Position numbers and translations under genes: made by a program. This document shows positions 22,959 to 29,844 of a stretch of DNA of 37,489 nt, piece by piece. This DNA is from a virus. Each line of letters starts with the position of its first letter. Position 1 is the first letter of the stretch. The stretch spans positions 1 through 37,489 of the IMG/VR virus record IMGVR_UViG_3300028805_000019, one strand, 5' to 3'. The notes below the pieces were generated by a model, which ran no database searches, was not told the origin of the DNA, and was given only the letters and a program-made list of their open reading frames with translations.

Positions 22959-23212
22959 AAGGTATGAGTATTAAGGAGTTGTGCTTTTCTTGTGTCCTCG
23001 GCCTTGCAAGCGAGGATGTCCGCGACCCGGTAGAACTTCGTCCCGGCGTGGCCTTTCTCCGTGTGTACAGGGGTGATTCTTCCGGCCTTAACGAGTTCCA
23101 CGAAGTATCCCCCGTAGACCTTTTTGGCCTGCCGCTGGGACATTTCCCCGGCAGTTAATCCCAGTTGTTCAAGGACAACTGCCACCACCTGTGCAACCTC
23201 GGAATTATTCAT
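22955..23212 (-). CDS. HTH_17/excisionase-like DNA-binding protein, 85 aa
   Basis: ELVKAGRITPVH...GTKFYRVADILA resembles excisionase-family HTH proteins. Second gene of the early leftward operon. Confidence 0.35.
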   Translation of the reverse strand: MNNSEVAQVVAVVLEQLGLTAGEMSQRQAKKVYGGYFVELVKAGRITPVHTEKGHAGTKFYRVADILACKAEDTRKAQLLNTHTL

Positions 23213-23387
23213 AGCGGTTTACGATAAACGTGTCACCCTTCTTGCTGACCGAGAAGGTCTTGTCGCAAAGGTTGGCGATAGTCGAGCAGGTGTTCCGCAA
23301 AGTCCCTTCGTGGACACCCCGGAAGATAATCTGCCCGCCCTTCTGCAAGGCGATTATCTGACTTCTAATCGAGTTCGTTTTTCTCAT
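23205..23387 (-). CDS. First early-operon protein (Cro position), 60 aa
   Basis: Start set to the ATG at 23387 because the -7 box at 23418-23425 excludes the track start. The ATG at 23402 is an alternative. Function assigned by position only. Confidence 0.4.
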   Translation of the reverse strand: MRKTNSIRSQIIALQKGGQIIFRGVHEGTLRNTCSTIANLCDKTFSVSKKGDTFIVNRYE

Positions 23388-23430
23388 ATTTTTTCGTATC
23401 ATTATGTAAATGCAATGCAAATATATATAT

Positions 23431-23438
23431 TATTTTTG
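23431..23438 (+). promoter_or_regulatory. Candidate -7 box TATTTTTG for the repressor operon
   Basis: Matches TAnnTTTG on the plus strand, about 80 nt upstream of the repressor ATG. No clear -33 TTTG. Confidence 0.35.
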
Positions 23439-23448
23439 AATAATTCAA
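23436..23448. promoter_or_regulatory. Perfect palindrome TTGAAT-A-ATTCAA (candidate operator)
   Basis: Read directly. Overlaps the -33 element of the leftward promoter and the candidate rightward -7 box. Confidence 0.45.
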
Positions 23449-23516
23449 CGATTCATCTAAAAAAATTTCGATGAAAGTTTGAAAACCATAGAAAACAACC
23501 ACAAAATCAATCCATT

Positions 23517-23900
23517 ATGTCACACGAAGAAAGATTAGAAATTTTGACTTCCATCTACCGCAAGGCCCTGGGGCTGGGGGTAGTTAAGACAGTCAAGGAG
23601 TTTGCAGAGGCTCTTGAAATGAACGTGTCCGGCATATCGTCGGCGCTGAATGGCTCGGAGAAACATCTAACAAAATCCCTTATCACAAAGGCCCAGCGGT
23701 GGGAAGAACGCACCTTTCCCGGCGGGGAACTGCCCAAGCAGGAGAAGCGGCCCGATGTCGTTATCCCCGCCGAAACTCTGGACTTGTATAACAATATGGC
23801 CCGGGCCATCGCAGATCTCTCCGATATTCTCCGCCGGGCTGGATTCTCGGTCGGGGTCGGGTCAAACTTGGAAAAAAACTTCTATCGTAATGGAAAGTGA
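23517..23900 (+). CDS. CI-like repressor (XRE-type HTH), 127 aa
   Basis: One of only two plus-strand genes, divergent from the early operon. TVKEFAEALEMNVSGISSALNGSE is an XRE-type HTH. Confidence 0.65.
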   Translation: MSHEERLEILTSIYRKALGLGVVKTVKEFAEALEMNVSGISSALNGSEKHLTKSLITKAQRWEERTFPGGELPKQEKRPDVVIPAETLDLYNNMARAIADLSDILRRAGFSVGVGSNLEKNFYRNGK

Positions 23901-24018
23901 ATCACCCCTCGAAAGGGCCATCCGGGAGTGCCCCGACATTGAGCAACACCCCGAACTCATCCTCCGGCTGGTAGACCTCCTGTTCCTCCTATCCGATAAG
24001 GAACCCGTACAGAGTTAA
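23890..24018 (+). CDS. Possible small ORF coupled to the repressor, 42 aa
   Basis: The ATG lies 8 nt before the repressor stop. Translation: MESESPLERAIRECPDIEQHPELILRLVDLLFLLSDKEPVQS. Followed by a hairpin. Confidence 0.35.
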   Translation: MESESPLERAIRECPDIEQHPELILRLVDLLFLLSDKEPVQS

Positions 24019-24023
24019 CGAAT

Positions 24024-24047
24024 ACGGGCCGCATCACTGCGGCCCGT
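24024..24047 (-). terminator. GC hairpin 1 of 3 (ACGGGCCGCA-tcac-TGCGGCCCGT)
   Basis: Perfect 10-bp stem between the convergent repressor and integrase units. Confidence 0.5.
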
Positions 24048-24112
24048 ATCGATGAAAACAATCTTAAAAATAAAATGGCTAAACCATTAAGGTTCATTAT
24101 TAAATAGAACAA

Positions 24113-24132
24113 GGGTCGCATCCCTGCGACCC
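24113..24132 (-). terminator. GC hairpin 2 of 3 (GGGTCGCA-tccc-TGCGACCC)
   Basis: 8-bp stem. On the minus strand it is followed by TTGTTCTATTTAAT. Confidence 0.5.
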
Positions 24133-24191
24133 CTGCCATCGAAACCTAAAAAACAATTCACTAATGAAAAAGTCTTCATCTTAAAATAGAA

Positions 24192-24217
24192 CCGGGGGTG
24201 CATCGCTGCATCCCCGG
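24192..24217 (-). terminator. GC hairpin 3 of 3 (CCGGGGGTGCA-tcgc-TGCATCCCCGG)
   Basis: 11-bp stem with one G-T pair. On the minus strand it is followed by TTCTATTTTAAG. It is the first hairpin met after the int stop. Confidence 0.55.
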
Positions 24218-24300
24218 ACTATAACCAATCTAACCCATAGACACAATGAGAAAAGAAATTCCCCTGCTTCTATCCATAAATAGACCTTGACCCGATTTTG

Positions 24301-25536
24301 TTACGGCCAGCGGAAGGATTCTATCACCTTCCTGTTCGCGGCGTTCATCAAGTCGAAATCTCTTTCCGCATAAATATCCGTCATCCGATAGTCCCCAACG
24401 TGGCACAGGCACTCATCCACAAGGGCCTTCTCTACACCGAGTTTCCGGGCAATCGTGGCCCACGTTTTCCGGGCCGAATAGAAGGAGATATGTTCCGTGT
24501 CAGGGAGGTGGTTTTCCGTGGCCCATTCTTTCAACCCGGCGTTCACCCGTGCGGTGCAGCCGTTACAGGTGGAGTACCGATGCAGGGCCGGGAGCCACCA
24601 GCCCGCCGGGCCAGCTTGTAACCTCCCAATAATCCCGGACACTTCGCCGGGAATATCCACCTTCATAATCGCCCCGTCTTGCCGCCTGTGTTCCGTTTTG
24701 CGGCGGTTATAGACCCAGCGGGATAGTTGGGGTTTGGCGGCGTACATATCCGCGAGATTCGCGCCCATTGTGGCAAAGGAAAGGAGGAAGATGTCGCGGG
24801 CGAAGTCAGGCCCGGAATCAATGACCATCTGCAATTCCTCGGCGGTCAGCGCCCGCGCCCCCTCGGACGGCGGGACGGGCTTGGGGATGGCATCAAACGG
24901 ACTGCGCGGAATCAGTATCTTGTCATCATCATTGTACCTTTGCTTCGCGGCGTTGAACAAGTGGGCGAGTTTGGCCAGATGCCGGGAACTCGCACCGCCC
25001 TTCCTCGGTTTCCCGGTATCAATCCATTCCCCCGTCCGGGGGTTGTACTGCATCTTGGTTTCCGAGTCGTTCTTCTCCACGAAGTCCAGCAGCAGGGCTT
25101 TCGTGATGTCGTTTATATCTATCGTCCGTCTCCCAAGAAACCGCTCGAAAGCCCGGAGTGCCATATCGTAGGCCCGCCGGGTGCTGGGCGATTTTCGAGA
25201 CAGGTACGAATCGCTCCACGCGAAGAAGTCCAGCGCGAAGTTTTCCTCCCGCAGTTTGGTATGTATGTGCGCCACCACCCTGTCCACATCCCAGCCCTCA
25301 ATAACGAAAGGGGAGAGGTCGGACACCGCCGCACGCATCTCCTTTATCAGTTCGTTTGCCCGGTTGAGTATGTCCGGGGACTTGATATGCAATGAGCGGG
25401 ACAGGTCTGTCTGCCGGGCTACAAGTGTTGTGGCCAGCCGCCGGGTCTTTCCCCTGAACGTGACGCGAATCTTGACGGGGTATGTGCCGTCCTTCCGGCG
25501 GTTGCCGGGGATTACGATGGGTTTGAAGGTTATCAT
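24301..25536 (-). CDS. int: Tyrosine integrase with an N-terminal arm-binding domain (Bacteroidetes phage type), 411 aa
   Basis: MITFKPIVIPGNRRKDGTYPVKIRVTF is an arm-binding N-terminus. C-terminal ARKTWATIA...LCHVGDYRMTDIYAE holds the catalytic R/H/Y region. Start moved to the ATG at 25536. Confidence 0.85.
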   Translation of the reverse strand: MITFKPIVIPGNRRKDGTYPVKIRVTFRGKTRRLATTLVARQTDLSRSLHIKSPDILNRANELIKEMRAAVSDLSPFVIEGWDVDRVVAHIHTKLREENFALDFFAWSDSYLSRKSPSTRRAYDMALRAFERFLGRRTIDINDITKALLLDFVEKNDSETKMQYNPRTGEWIDTGKPRKGGASSRHLAKLAHLFNAAKQRYNDDDKILIPRSPFDAIPKPVPPSEGARALTAEELQMVIDSGPDFARDIFLLSFATMGANLADMYAAKPQLSRWVYNRRKTEHRRQDGAIMKVDIPGEVSGIIGRLQAGPAGWWLPALHRYSTCNGCTARVNAGLKEWATENHLPDTEHISFYSARKTWATIARKLGVEKALVDECLCHVGDYRMTDIYAERDFDLMNAANRKVIESFRWP

Positions 25537-25744
25537 TCTGACAAAATAGTGATAAATTTTGAATCCATCAAGGGTCACTTTCCCGATTCGGATGGACGGC
25601 CATAGGATGGTAGAATAGGATTCCGCGCACGCGCACCCGGGCGCGGGGGAGAGATTAGGTTAGAATTGCGTTAGTACCCTGCCGGGAGGTTGGGTGCTAA
25701 CTATTTACGGATTTCGGGCTTGAGAAGTATGACATCATCGTGAC

Positions 25745-25790
25745 CAAAACTGCAAAGAACAAGCGGGGCGAACCTCCCGGCCCGCCCCGC
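25745..25790 (-). terminator. Rho-independent terminator of the 28.4-25.8 kb leftward operon
   Basis: Minus strand GCGGGGCG-N12-CGCCCCGC followed by TTGTTCTTTGCAGTTTT. Confidence 0.65.
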
Positions 25791-25812
25791 TCTTTCCTTT
25801 AACACTCGCGCC

Positions 25813-26040
25813 TTATGAATTACGCGATGGCGCAAAGGTAGTCATTTCTTTTGAATCCGGCAAGTACCGCCGGAGAAAGGCGTCTACCATTCCATTGACA
25901 TCCAGCCCGGCATCCCGGAGGTGTTCACGCGCCGCCCAGCCTTCCGGGGTCAGCATTATCGCGGCGGCTTTCTTTCGTCATGTTCCTTGCAGGGGTCGGC
26001 CCGCTCCGGGCCGTGCGCCCCCTCGTTTTGTCTTGCTCAT
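25813..26040 (-). CDS. Small RHH/CopG-like ORF with an in-frame TGA at codon 21 (readthrough, pseudogene, or restart at the ATG at 25956)
   Basis: Hand translation: MSKTKRGGARPGAGRPLQGT*RKKAAAIMLTPEGWAAREHLRDAGLDVNGMVDAFLRRYLPDSKEMTTFAPSRNS. The ATG abuts the upstream TAA. Confidence 0.4.
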
Positions 26041-26346
26041 TTACTTGTCCTCCTTTCTTGCGTTCTTGCCCAGCTCGTAGAAGTAGCGAGCGCAGTTTTC
26101 AAGGCTCGTAAACGGGGCCTCCTGTATTTGCCAAGCCTGTATTTGTTCACAATATTCATCAATCTCCTTCTCCAAGTCCACCTCCTGATGCTCCGGGAAG
26201 GTGTCGATGTACTGCTCAAAAAGGTCAAGCGCATCTGCCATACCTTCGTAGTAGGTGAAGTCATCGGTCTTCATCTTGGCGCGATATTCTGCATATCGCT
26301 TATCAATCTCGGCGCGGATTTGTTCTGCGTCAATGTGGTGTGCCAT
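26041..26346 (-). CDS. Hypothetical acidic protein, 101 aa
   Basis: Clean ORF with an ATG start. Confidence 0.55.
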   Translation of the reverse strand: MAHHIDAEQIRAEIDKRYAEYRAKMKTDDFTYYEGMADALDLFEQYIDTFPEHQEVDLEKEIDEYCEQIQAWQIQEAPFTSLENCARYFYELGKNARKEDK

Positions 26347-26347
26347 A

Positions 26348-26779
26348 TCAAAGTTGTTTTAGTTGTTCGTAGAGTCCCGCCAGCACCTTATTCCCAGCCG
26401 CAAGTGCCACAGCATTTTGTAGTGCGTTCATCTGTTCCTTGCTTGGTTTCCAAGAAGGACGGAGGGATTTGAGGAAATTAGAATAAGGTGATTTTACAAT
26501 ATCATAATCTCCCTCCCAACCGCTGACTATTCTGATACACTGCTCCAGTTTGTCCTCATCTTCCTCGCTCCATTCCTGCTTTTCGAGACAAGAAATGATG
26601 TCTTTTACTGGGATGTTGCACCACTTCTCTTTCGTCTTGTTCTTGAAATGTTGCAGCATCGCCTTCCGTATCTGCTCGTCCCGGCTCTCCTTCAACTGAG
26701 GGAACAAGAACTCCAGGGTAGCGTCATCGTATGCGCCAGTTCCATAGGCGGCGCGAGCCCTCTCAAATGCGTTATCCAT
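26348..26779 (-). CDS. Hypothetical protein, 143 aa
   Basis: Start moved to the ATG at 26779 (MDNAFERA...), 1 nt after the upstream stop. Confidence 0.55.
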   Translation of the reverse strand: MDNAFERARAAYGTGAYDDATLEFLFPQLKESRDEQIRKAMLQHFKNKTKEKWCNIPVKDIISCLEKQEWSEEDEDKLEQCIRIVSGWEGDYDIVKSPYSNFLKSLRPSWKPSKEQMNALQNAVALAAGNKVLAGLYEQLKQL

Positions 26780-26780
26780 A

Positions 26781-27167
26781 TTATTCACAAGGTTTATAAT
26801 TATCGGTATCGTAAGCAATGGTATCCAGCCGCTCCCATAGGTTCTGTTTCGTTTCCGGGGTTAGCAGGGGGCATTCTTCGGTAGCCTTCAAAAAATCCTC
26901 CGGCTCAAAGACCTCATTAATCTCAAAGATGTCGCAGCTACAAGACCTATCGTAGCCGTCCGTGATATAGGCTTCGACCTTAATGCTATCGTCATTGATT
27001 CGCTGGGAGAGCCACGCCTGTACCGCTTCATCGTCGGTTAGTTCCTCAATTAAAATCAGTTTGTAGTACAGGGCGGTGCAATCGTAGAACTCGCCGCCTA
27101 CCATCCCGTTTCCGAGATTTGGAACGAAGCCCCGGTGTTCACTTTTTATTGTTGGTCTAATTTCCAT
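26781..27167 (-). CDS. Hypothetical protein, 128 aa
   Basis: Clean ORF in an AT-rich stretch. Confidence 0.55.
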   Translation of the reverse strand: MEIRPTIKSEHRGFVPNLGNGMVGGEFYDCTALYYKLILIEELTDDEAVQAWLSQRINDDSIKVEAYITDGYDRSCSCDIFEINEVFEPEDFLKATEECPLLTPETKQNLWERLDTIAYDTDNYKPCE

Positions 27168-27216
27168 ATCCTGTTGTGTTAATTGTGGCGTTTCTGCCCT
27201 ATTCCCTTATAATGTT

Positions 27217-27235
27217 ATCTAAAACTCGATTTTAG
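27217..27235 (-). promoter_or_regulatory. Conserved motif CTAAAATCGAGTTTTAGAT
   Basis: Copy of the AAATCGAGTTTTAGA family. Here it forms the inverted repeat CTAAAA-TCGAG-TTTTAG. Confidence 0.45.
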
Positions 27236-27241
27236 GGGATT

Positions 27242-27269
27242 AAAGGGGGCGGGCGGTATTCCCACCCCC
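27242..27269 (-). terminator. Rho-independent terminator after the ArdC-like gene
   Basis: Minus strand GGGGGTGGG-aataccg-CCCGCCCCC followed by TTTAAT. Confidence 0.6.
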
Positions 27270-27277
27270 GGAATCAT

Positions 27278-28171
27278 TTAAGCGGCCTGTGCGGGCTTTT
27301 CTACGAGGATATACCGGGCGGCTTTCTCGGACCGTCCAGCGGCCCAGACAATCATCTTGGGGTCGTTCTTTAATTCCTTGAGCCAGCCCTGTATGTAGGC
27401 CACCGAATTGCGGAAGGCTTTGGCAGAATCAATCCCGGAGTTGGAGCAGAGCATCGCCGCGCCCATCTCGGCAACAAGTTCCTCGCGGGAGTACTCGGAG
27501 TTGCCGAAGAATGATCGCTTATTGTCAGCCACCCGGTTGCAGCGGGATTCCTTCATCGTGGAGTGGACAAGTTCGTGGAAGGTCGTGGAGTAATACTCGG
27601 CGGCGATGTCGTACTGCCCCAGCATCGGAACGACAACCTTGTCCTCGGCGGGGGAGTAGTAGGCTTTCCCGGAGGGCTTGTCATTGAAGAATTTGAGGTC
27701 GGCTTCGCGGGTCAAGTAGCCGAGGATGGCGGCTTCTGCTTCGGTAATCGGGTCAAGGGCCTTGACTTCCTGCTCCCCGGTCTTGACCTTGGATTCGATA
27801 CCCTCCGTCTGATTGATATGCCATACATTGTAGTAGCGGAGCAGGGGGTAGGATTTCAGTACTTCTTCGCCCGTCTCCGGGTCTTTCTCCTTGTACTGGG
27901 ATTGTTTGAAGAAAACCACCATCCGGGCCTTCTCGCCCTTCTTGATGTGGCCCTTCCGCTCTTGGATTTGGTTGAAGGTAAGGTACTCGCCCGGCTCGCC
28001 GAGCAGCCACTGATTCAGTACCGAGTACGCCCGGCGTGTGGTGTAGGAGATGGCGCAATCCTCGCCGTCGGAGAGGGTGTTGAAGTGCCACGGCTTCTGC
28101 CACGGAATGATGCCCTTGTTCAGCATTTCACAGATGCGGTCGGTGACCATTTGATAAACGTTGTTGTTCAT
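27278..28171 (-). CDS. ArdC-like protein: N-terminal ssDNA-binding (DUF1738-like) domain plus HExxH zincin domain, 297 aa
   Basis: KGIIPWQKPW...YSVLNQWLL...YLTFNQIQERKGHIKKGEKA is an ArdC-type N-domain. The metallopeptidase motif is FHELVHST. Start at the ATG at 28171. Confidence 0.75.
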   Translation of the reverse strand: MNNNVYQMVTDRICEMLNKGIIPWQKPWHFNTLSDGEDCAISYTTRRAYSVLNQWLLGEPGEYLTFNQIQERKGHIKKGEKARMVVFFKQSQYKEKDPETGEEVLKSYPLLRYYNVWHINQTEGIESKVKTGEQEVKALDPITEAEAAILGYLTREADLKFFNDKPSGKAYYSPAEDKVVVPMLGQYDIAAEYYSTTFHELVHSTMKESRCNRVADNKRSFFGNSEYSREELVAEMGAAMLCSNSGIDSAKAFRNSVAYIQGWLKELKNDPKMIVWAAGRSEKAARYILVEKPAQAA

Positions 28172-28205
28172 AAGGTATGAGTGTTGATGGTTAATTATTA
28201 AGGGA

Positions 28206-28361
28206 TTAGTTGTTCTTGACTTCAACGAATCTGCAAGACTTGGTAATGTCAATCCCGAACTCATCGAAGATGTGCCAGCAGCCATCATTGCCGGAAACCA
28301 GTTTAACGATGGAGGTGATGTCCGTACCAAATTCCTTTTTGATAATTTTGTATGCTTTCAT
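28206..28361 (-). CDS. Small hypothetical protein, 51 aa, first gene of the ArdC cassette
   Basis: Start moved to the ATG at 28361 (MKAYKIIKKEF...), downstream of the -7 box at 28399-28406. Confidence 0.5.
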   Translation of the reverse strand: MKAYKIIKKEFGTDITSIVKLVSGNDGCWHIFDEFGIDITKSCRFVEVKNN

Positions 28362-28398
28362 AAGGCGTTGTGTTTTGTTTGTCGTTTGTTTTCGTATG

Positions 28399-28429
28399 CA
28401 AATATACAAATGATTTTTGAATATGCAAA
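28399..28429 (-). promoter_or_regulatory. Bacteroidota sigma-A type promoter (TTTG-N19-TATATTTG)
   Basis: Same geometry and about 80 bp of homology with the promoter/leader at 647-720. Confidence 0.7.
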
Positions 28430-28481
28430 ATATTTTCAACATTTTTGCAAAAAATATTCAAACTTTCTTTGCCGGGTACGC

Positions 28482-28508
28482 AAAACCCCCGCCCGGACGG
28501 GGCGAGGG
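28482..28508 (-). terminator. Terminator after the lysis cassette
   Basis: Minus strand CCCTCGCC-ccgtccg-GGCGGGGG (one mismatch) followed by TTTTGCG. Confidence 0.5.
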
Positions 28509-28535
28509 TACACGATAATAAGACGGGGTACTTGC

Positions 28536-29054
28536 TCAAAGATTTACACGCAGACCGACCACGATACCAACACCGGGGGTCACATTGTCCATCCCGGGTT
28601 GCCAAAAGACACCCGGCCCGGCACTCACGCCCCAGCCTATCCGCTTCCATCTTTGGGGAGAAGGGACGGGGACTTGCTGCTGGATGGTTATTGTCTTGGG
28701 GAAAACTTCGACCCAATCCAAACAGGGTTCAATCCCCGACACTTGGGCCTTGTAATCTTCTCCTTCGTAGCCCTTCACCTCCCGCTCCATCGCCACATAC
28801 AGGGTGTCTTTCAAACGTATCGTGTCTGTCACCTTGACCAACTGCACCCGGTCAACATACTTGGTCACAAAAACGGGCTTTTCAAGGCGTATTGTGTCGC
28901 GCCTAATAACTACTACCGAATCGGTCTTTGTGGCCGCAGAATCGAGTTTTAGGGGGTATTTTTGGCCTGTTTTGAAGGCAACGAAAAGCAGGGCCGCGAG
29001 AAGTAGCCCCGCCGCCCCGCAAAGGAGGTAGTTCTTTATTCTATCGTAATCCAT
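28536..29054 (-). CDS. Membrane-anchored lysis-cassette protein (spanin-like?), 172 aa
   Basis: Start moved to the ATG at 29054. N-terminal TM segment LLCGAAGLLLAALLFVAF. Last gene of the lysis cluster. Confidence 0.45.
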   Translation of the reverse strand: MDYDRIKNYLLCGAAGLLLAALLFVAFKTGQKYPLKLDSAATKTDSVVVIRRDTIRLEKPVFVTKYVDRVQLVKVTDTIRLKDTLYVAMEREVKGYEGEDYKAQVSGIEPCLDWVEVFPKTITIQQQVPVPSPQRWKRIGWGVSAGPGVFWQPGMDNVTPGVGIVVGLRVNL

Positions 29055-29542
29055 ATCTCTTGCTTTCGCTGGTAGGCTGGCCAGATATAGAAACGCATCA
29101 AATCCTGCCACGCCTGCACACTATCGAAAATTCGACCCCGGATGCCGGCGTGCAGCATTCCCGGCCCGATGCAGCCAGCCGTTTCCTCCGGGCGGTTTAA
29201 TGGATGAATCATAATCCCGCTGAATCCCGGCACATCGCACAAGTACGGGAACTTGCCCCCGTACTCCTTTGCGTACCACTTATCCTTGAACTTGGGGGAC
29301 ACTCGCATCTGCACCCGGTATGTCCCCTTCGGGATGGCCGTCTTGCCCTTCACCTTCTTCCGCTCAATCTGCGGCAAGGCCATCTCTTGAAGCAACCCCC
29401 TGTCCTCCGGCTCTAATGTCCAGCACAGGAAACCGCCCTCATCCGTGGTCATCCGGGCGTGGGTGTAGCCCGCGCCGCTCTCATACGCATTGCGCTTGAC
29501 CCGAATCTTTAACGGGGATGGTTTGGTCTTAATCGCTGCCAT
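29036..29542 (-). CDS. DUF5675-like putative cell-wall hydrolase (endolysin candidate), 168 aa
   Basis: CWTLEP...TAIPKGTYRV...SPKF...VPGFSGIMIHPLNRPEETAGCIGPG resembles DUF5675 and the YkuD-like H...GC catalytic arrangement. Confidence 0.55.
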   Translation of the reverse strand: MAAIKTKPSPLKIRVKRNAYESGAGYTHARMTTDEGGFLCWTLEPEDRGLLQEMALPQIERKKVKGKTAIPKGTYRVQMRVSPKFKDKWYAKEYGGKFPYLCDVPGFSGIMIHPLNRPEETAGCIGPGMLHAGIRGRIFDSVQAWQDLMRFYIWPAYQRKQEIWITIE

Positions 29543-29545
29543 ATC

Positions 29546-29842
29546 CTACACCTTCGCAAGCAAGTTCTTGACCTGCGCCCGCAGTTCACTGATATCCTCC
29601 GTGTTGCGCTCGATTTGCGCCTTCAATTTCTCGTTCTCCAGCTTCAAGTCAACATTCTCGCTCCGCAATTCATCAATCTTTTTCTCCAAGTCGGCGTTCC
29701 GGGCGCGGGTTTCATTATACAAACTCTGCCACTCCTCGTTGCTGGCCTTCTTGTCCTCCCGGCGTTGTACACGCCAAGTGGCAAGCCATCCACCTCCGAA
29801 GATGACGGCAAGCGCTGAAGTAATTATCGTTGTCCAATCCAT
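29546..29842 (-). CDS. N-terminal TM plus coiled-coil protein (holin/spanin-like), 98 aa
   Basis: TIITSALAVIFGGGWLATW is a TM segment, followed by a heptad-rich region DLEKKIDELRSENVDLKLENEKLKAQIE. Confidence 0.5.
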   Translation of the reverse strand: MDWTTIITSALAVIFGGGWLATWRVQRREDKKASNEEWQSLYNETRARNADLEKKIDELRSENVDLKLENEKLKAQIERNTEDISELRAQVKNLLAKV

Positions 29843-29844
29843 CT

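Larger units (their letters stand above)
23418..23448 (-). promoter_or_regulatory. Early leftward promoter (TTGA-N19-TATATTTG)
   Basis: Minus strand -7 box TATATTTGCAT, the same core as the promoters at 680-710 and 28399-28429. Confidence 0.6.

Noticed and set aside
25579-25745. Possible tRNA fragment or attP core upstream of int.
   Set aside because: No T-arm (GGTTCGAATCC-like) or acceptor-like sequence is visible, only a short CCGCGC/GCGCGG hairpin. The structured repeat region on the other side of int (24019-24300) is the better attP candidate.
28272-28952. 226-aa plus-strand ORF spanning the promoter region and the lysis gene.
   Set aside because: It crosses an AT-rich promoter and leader and then runs antisense to a supported gene. 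No start context, and the translation is junk-like.
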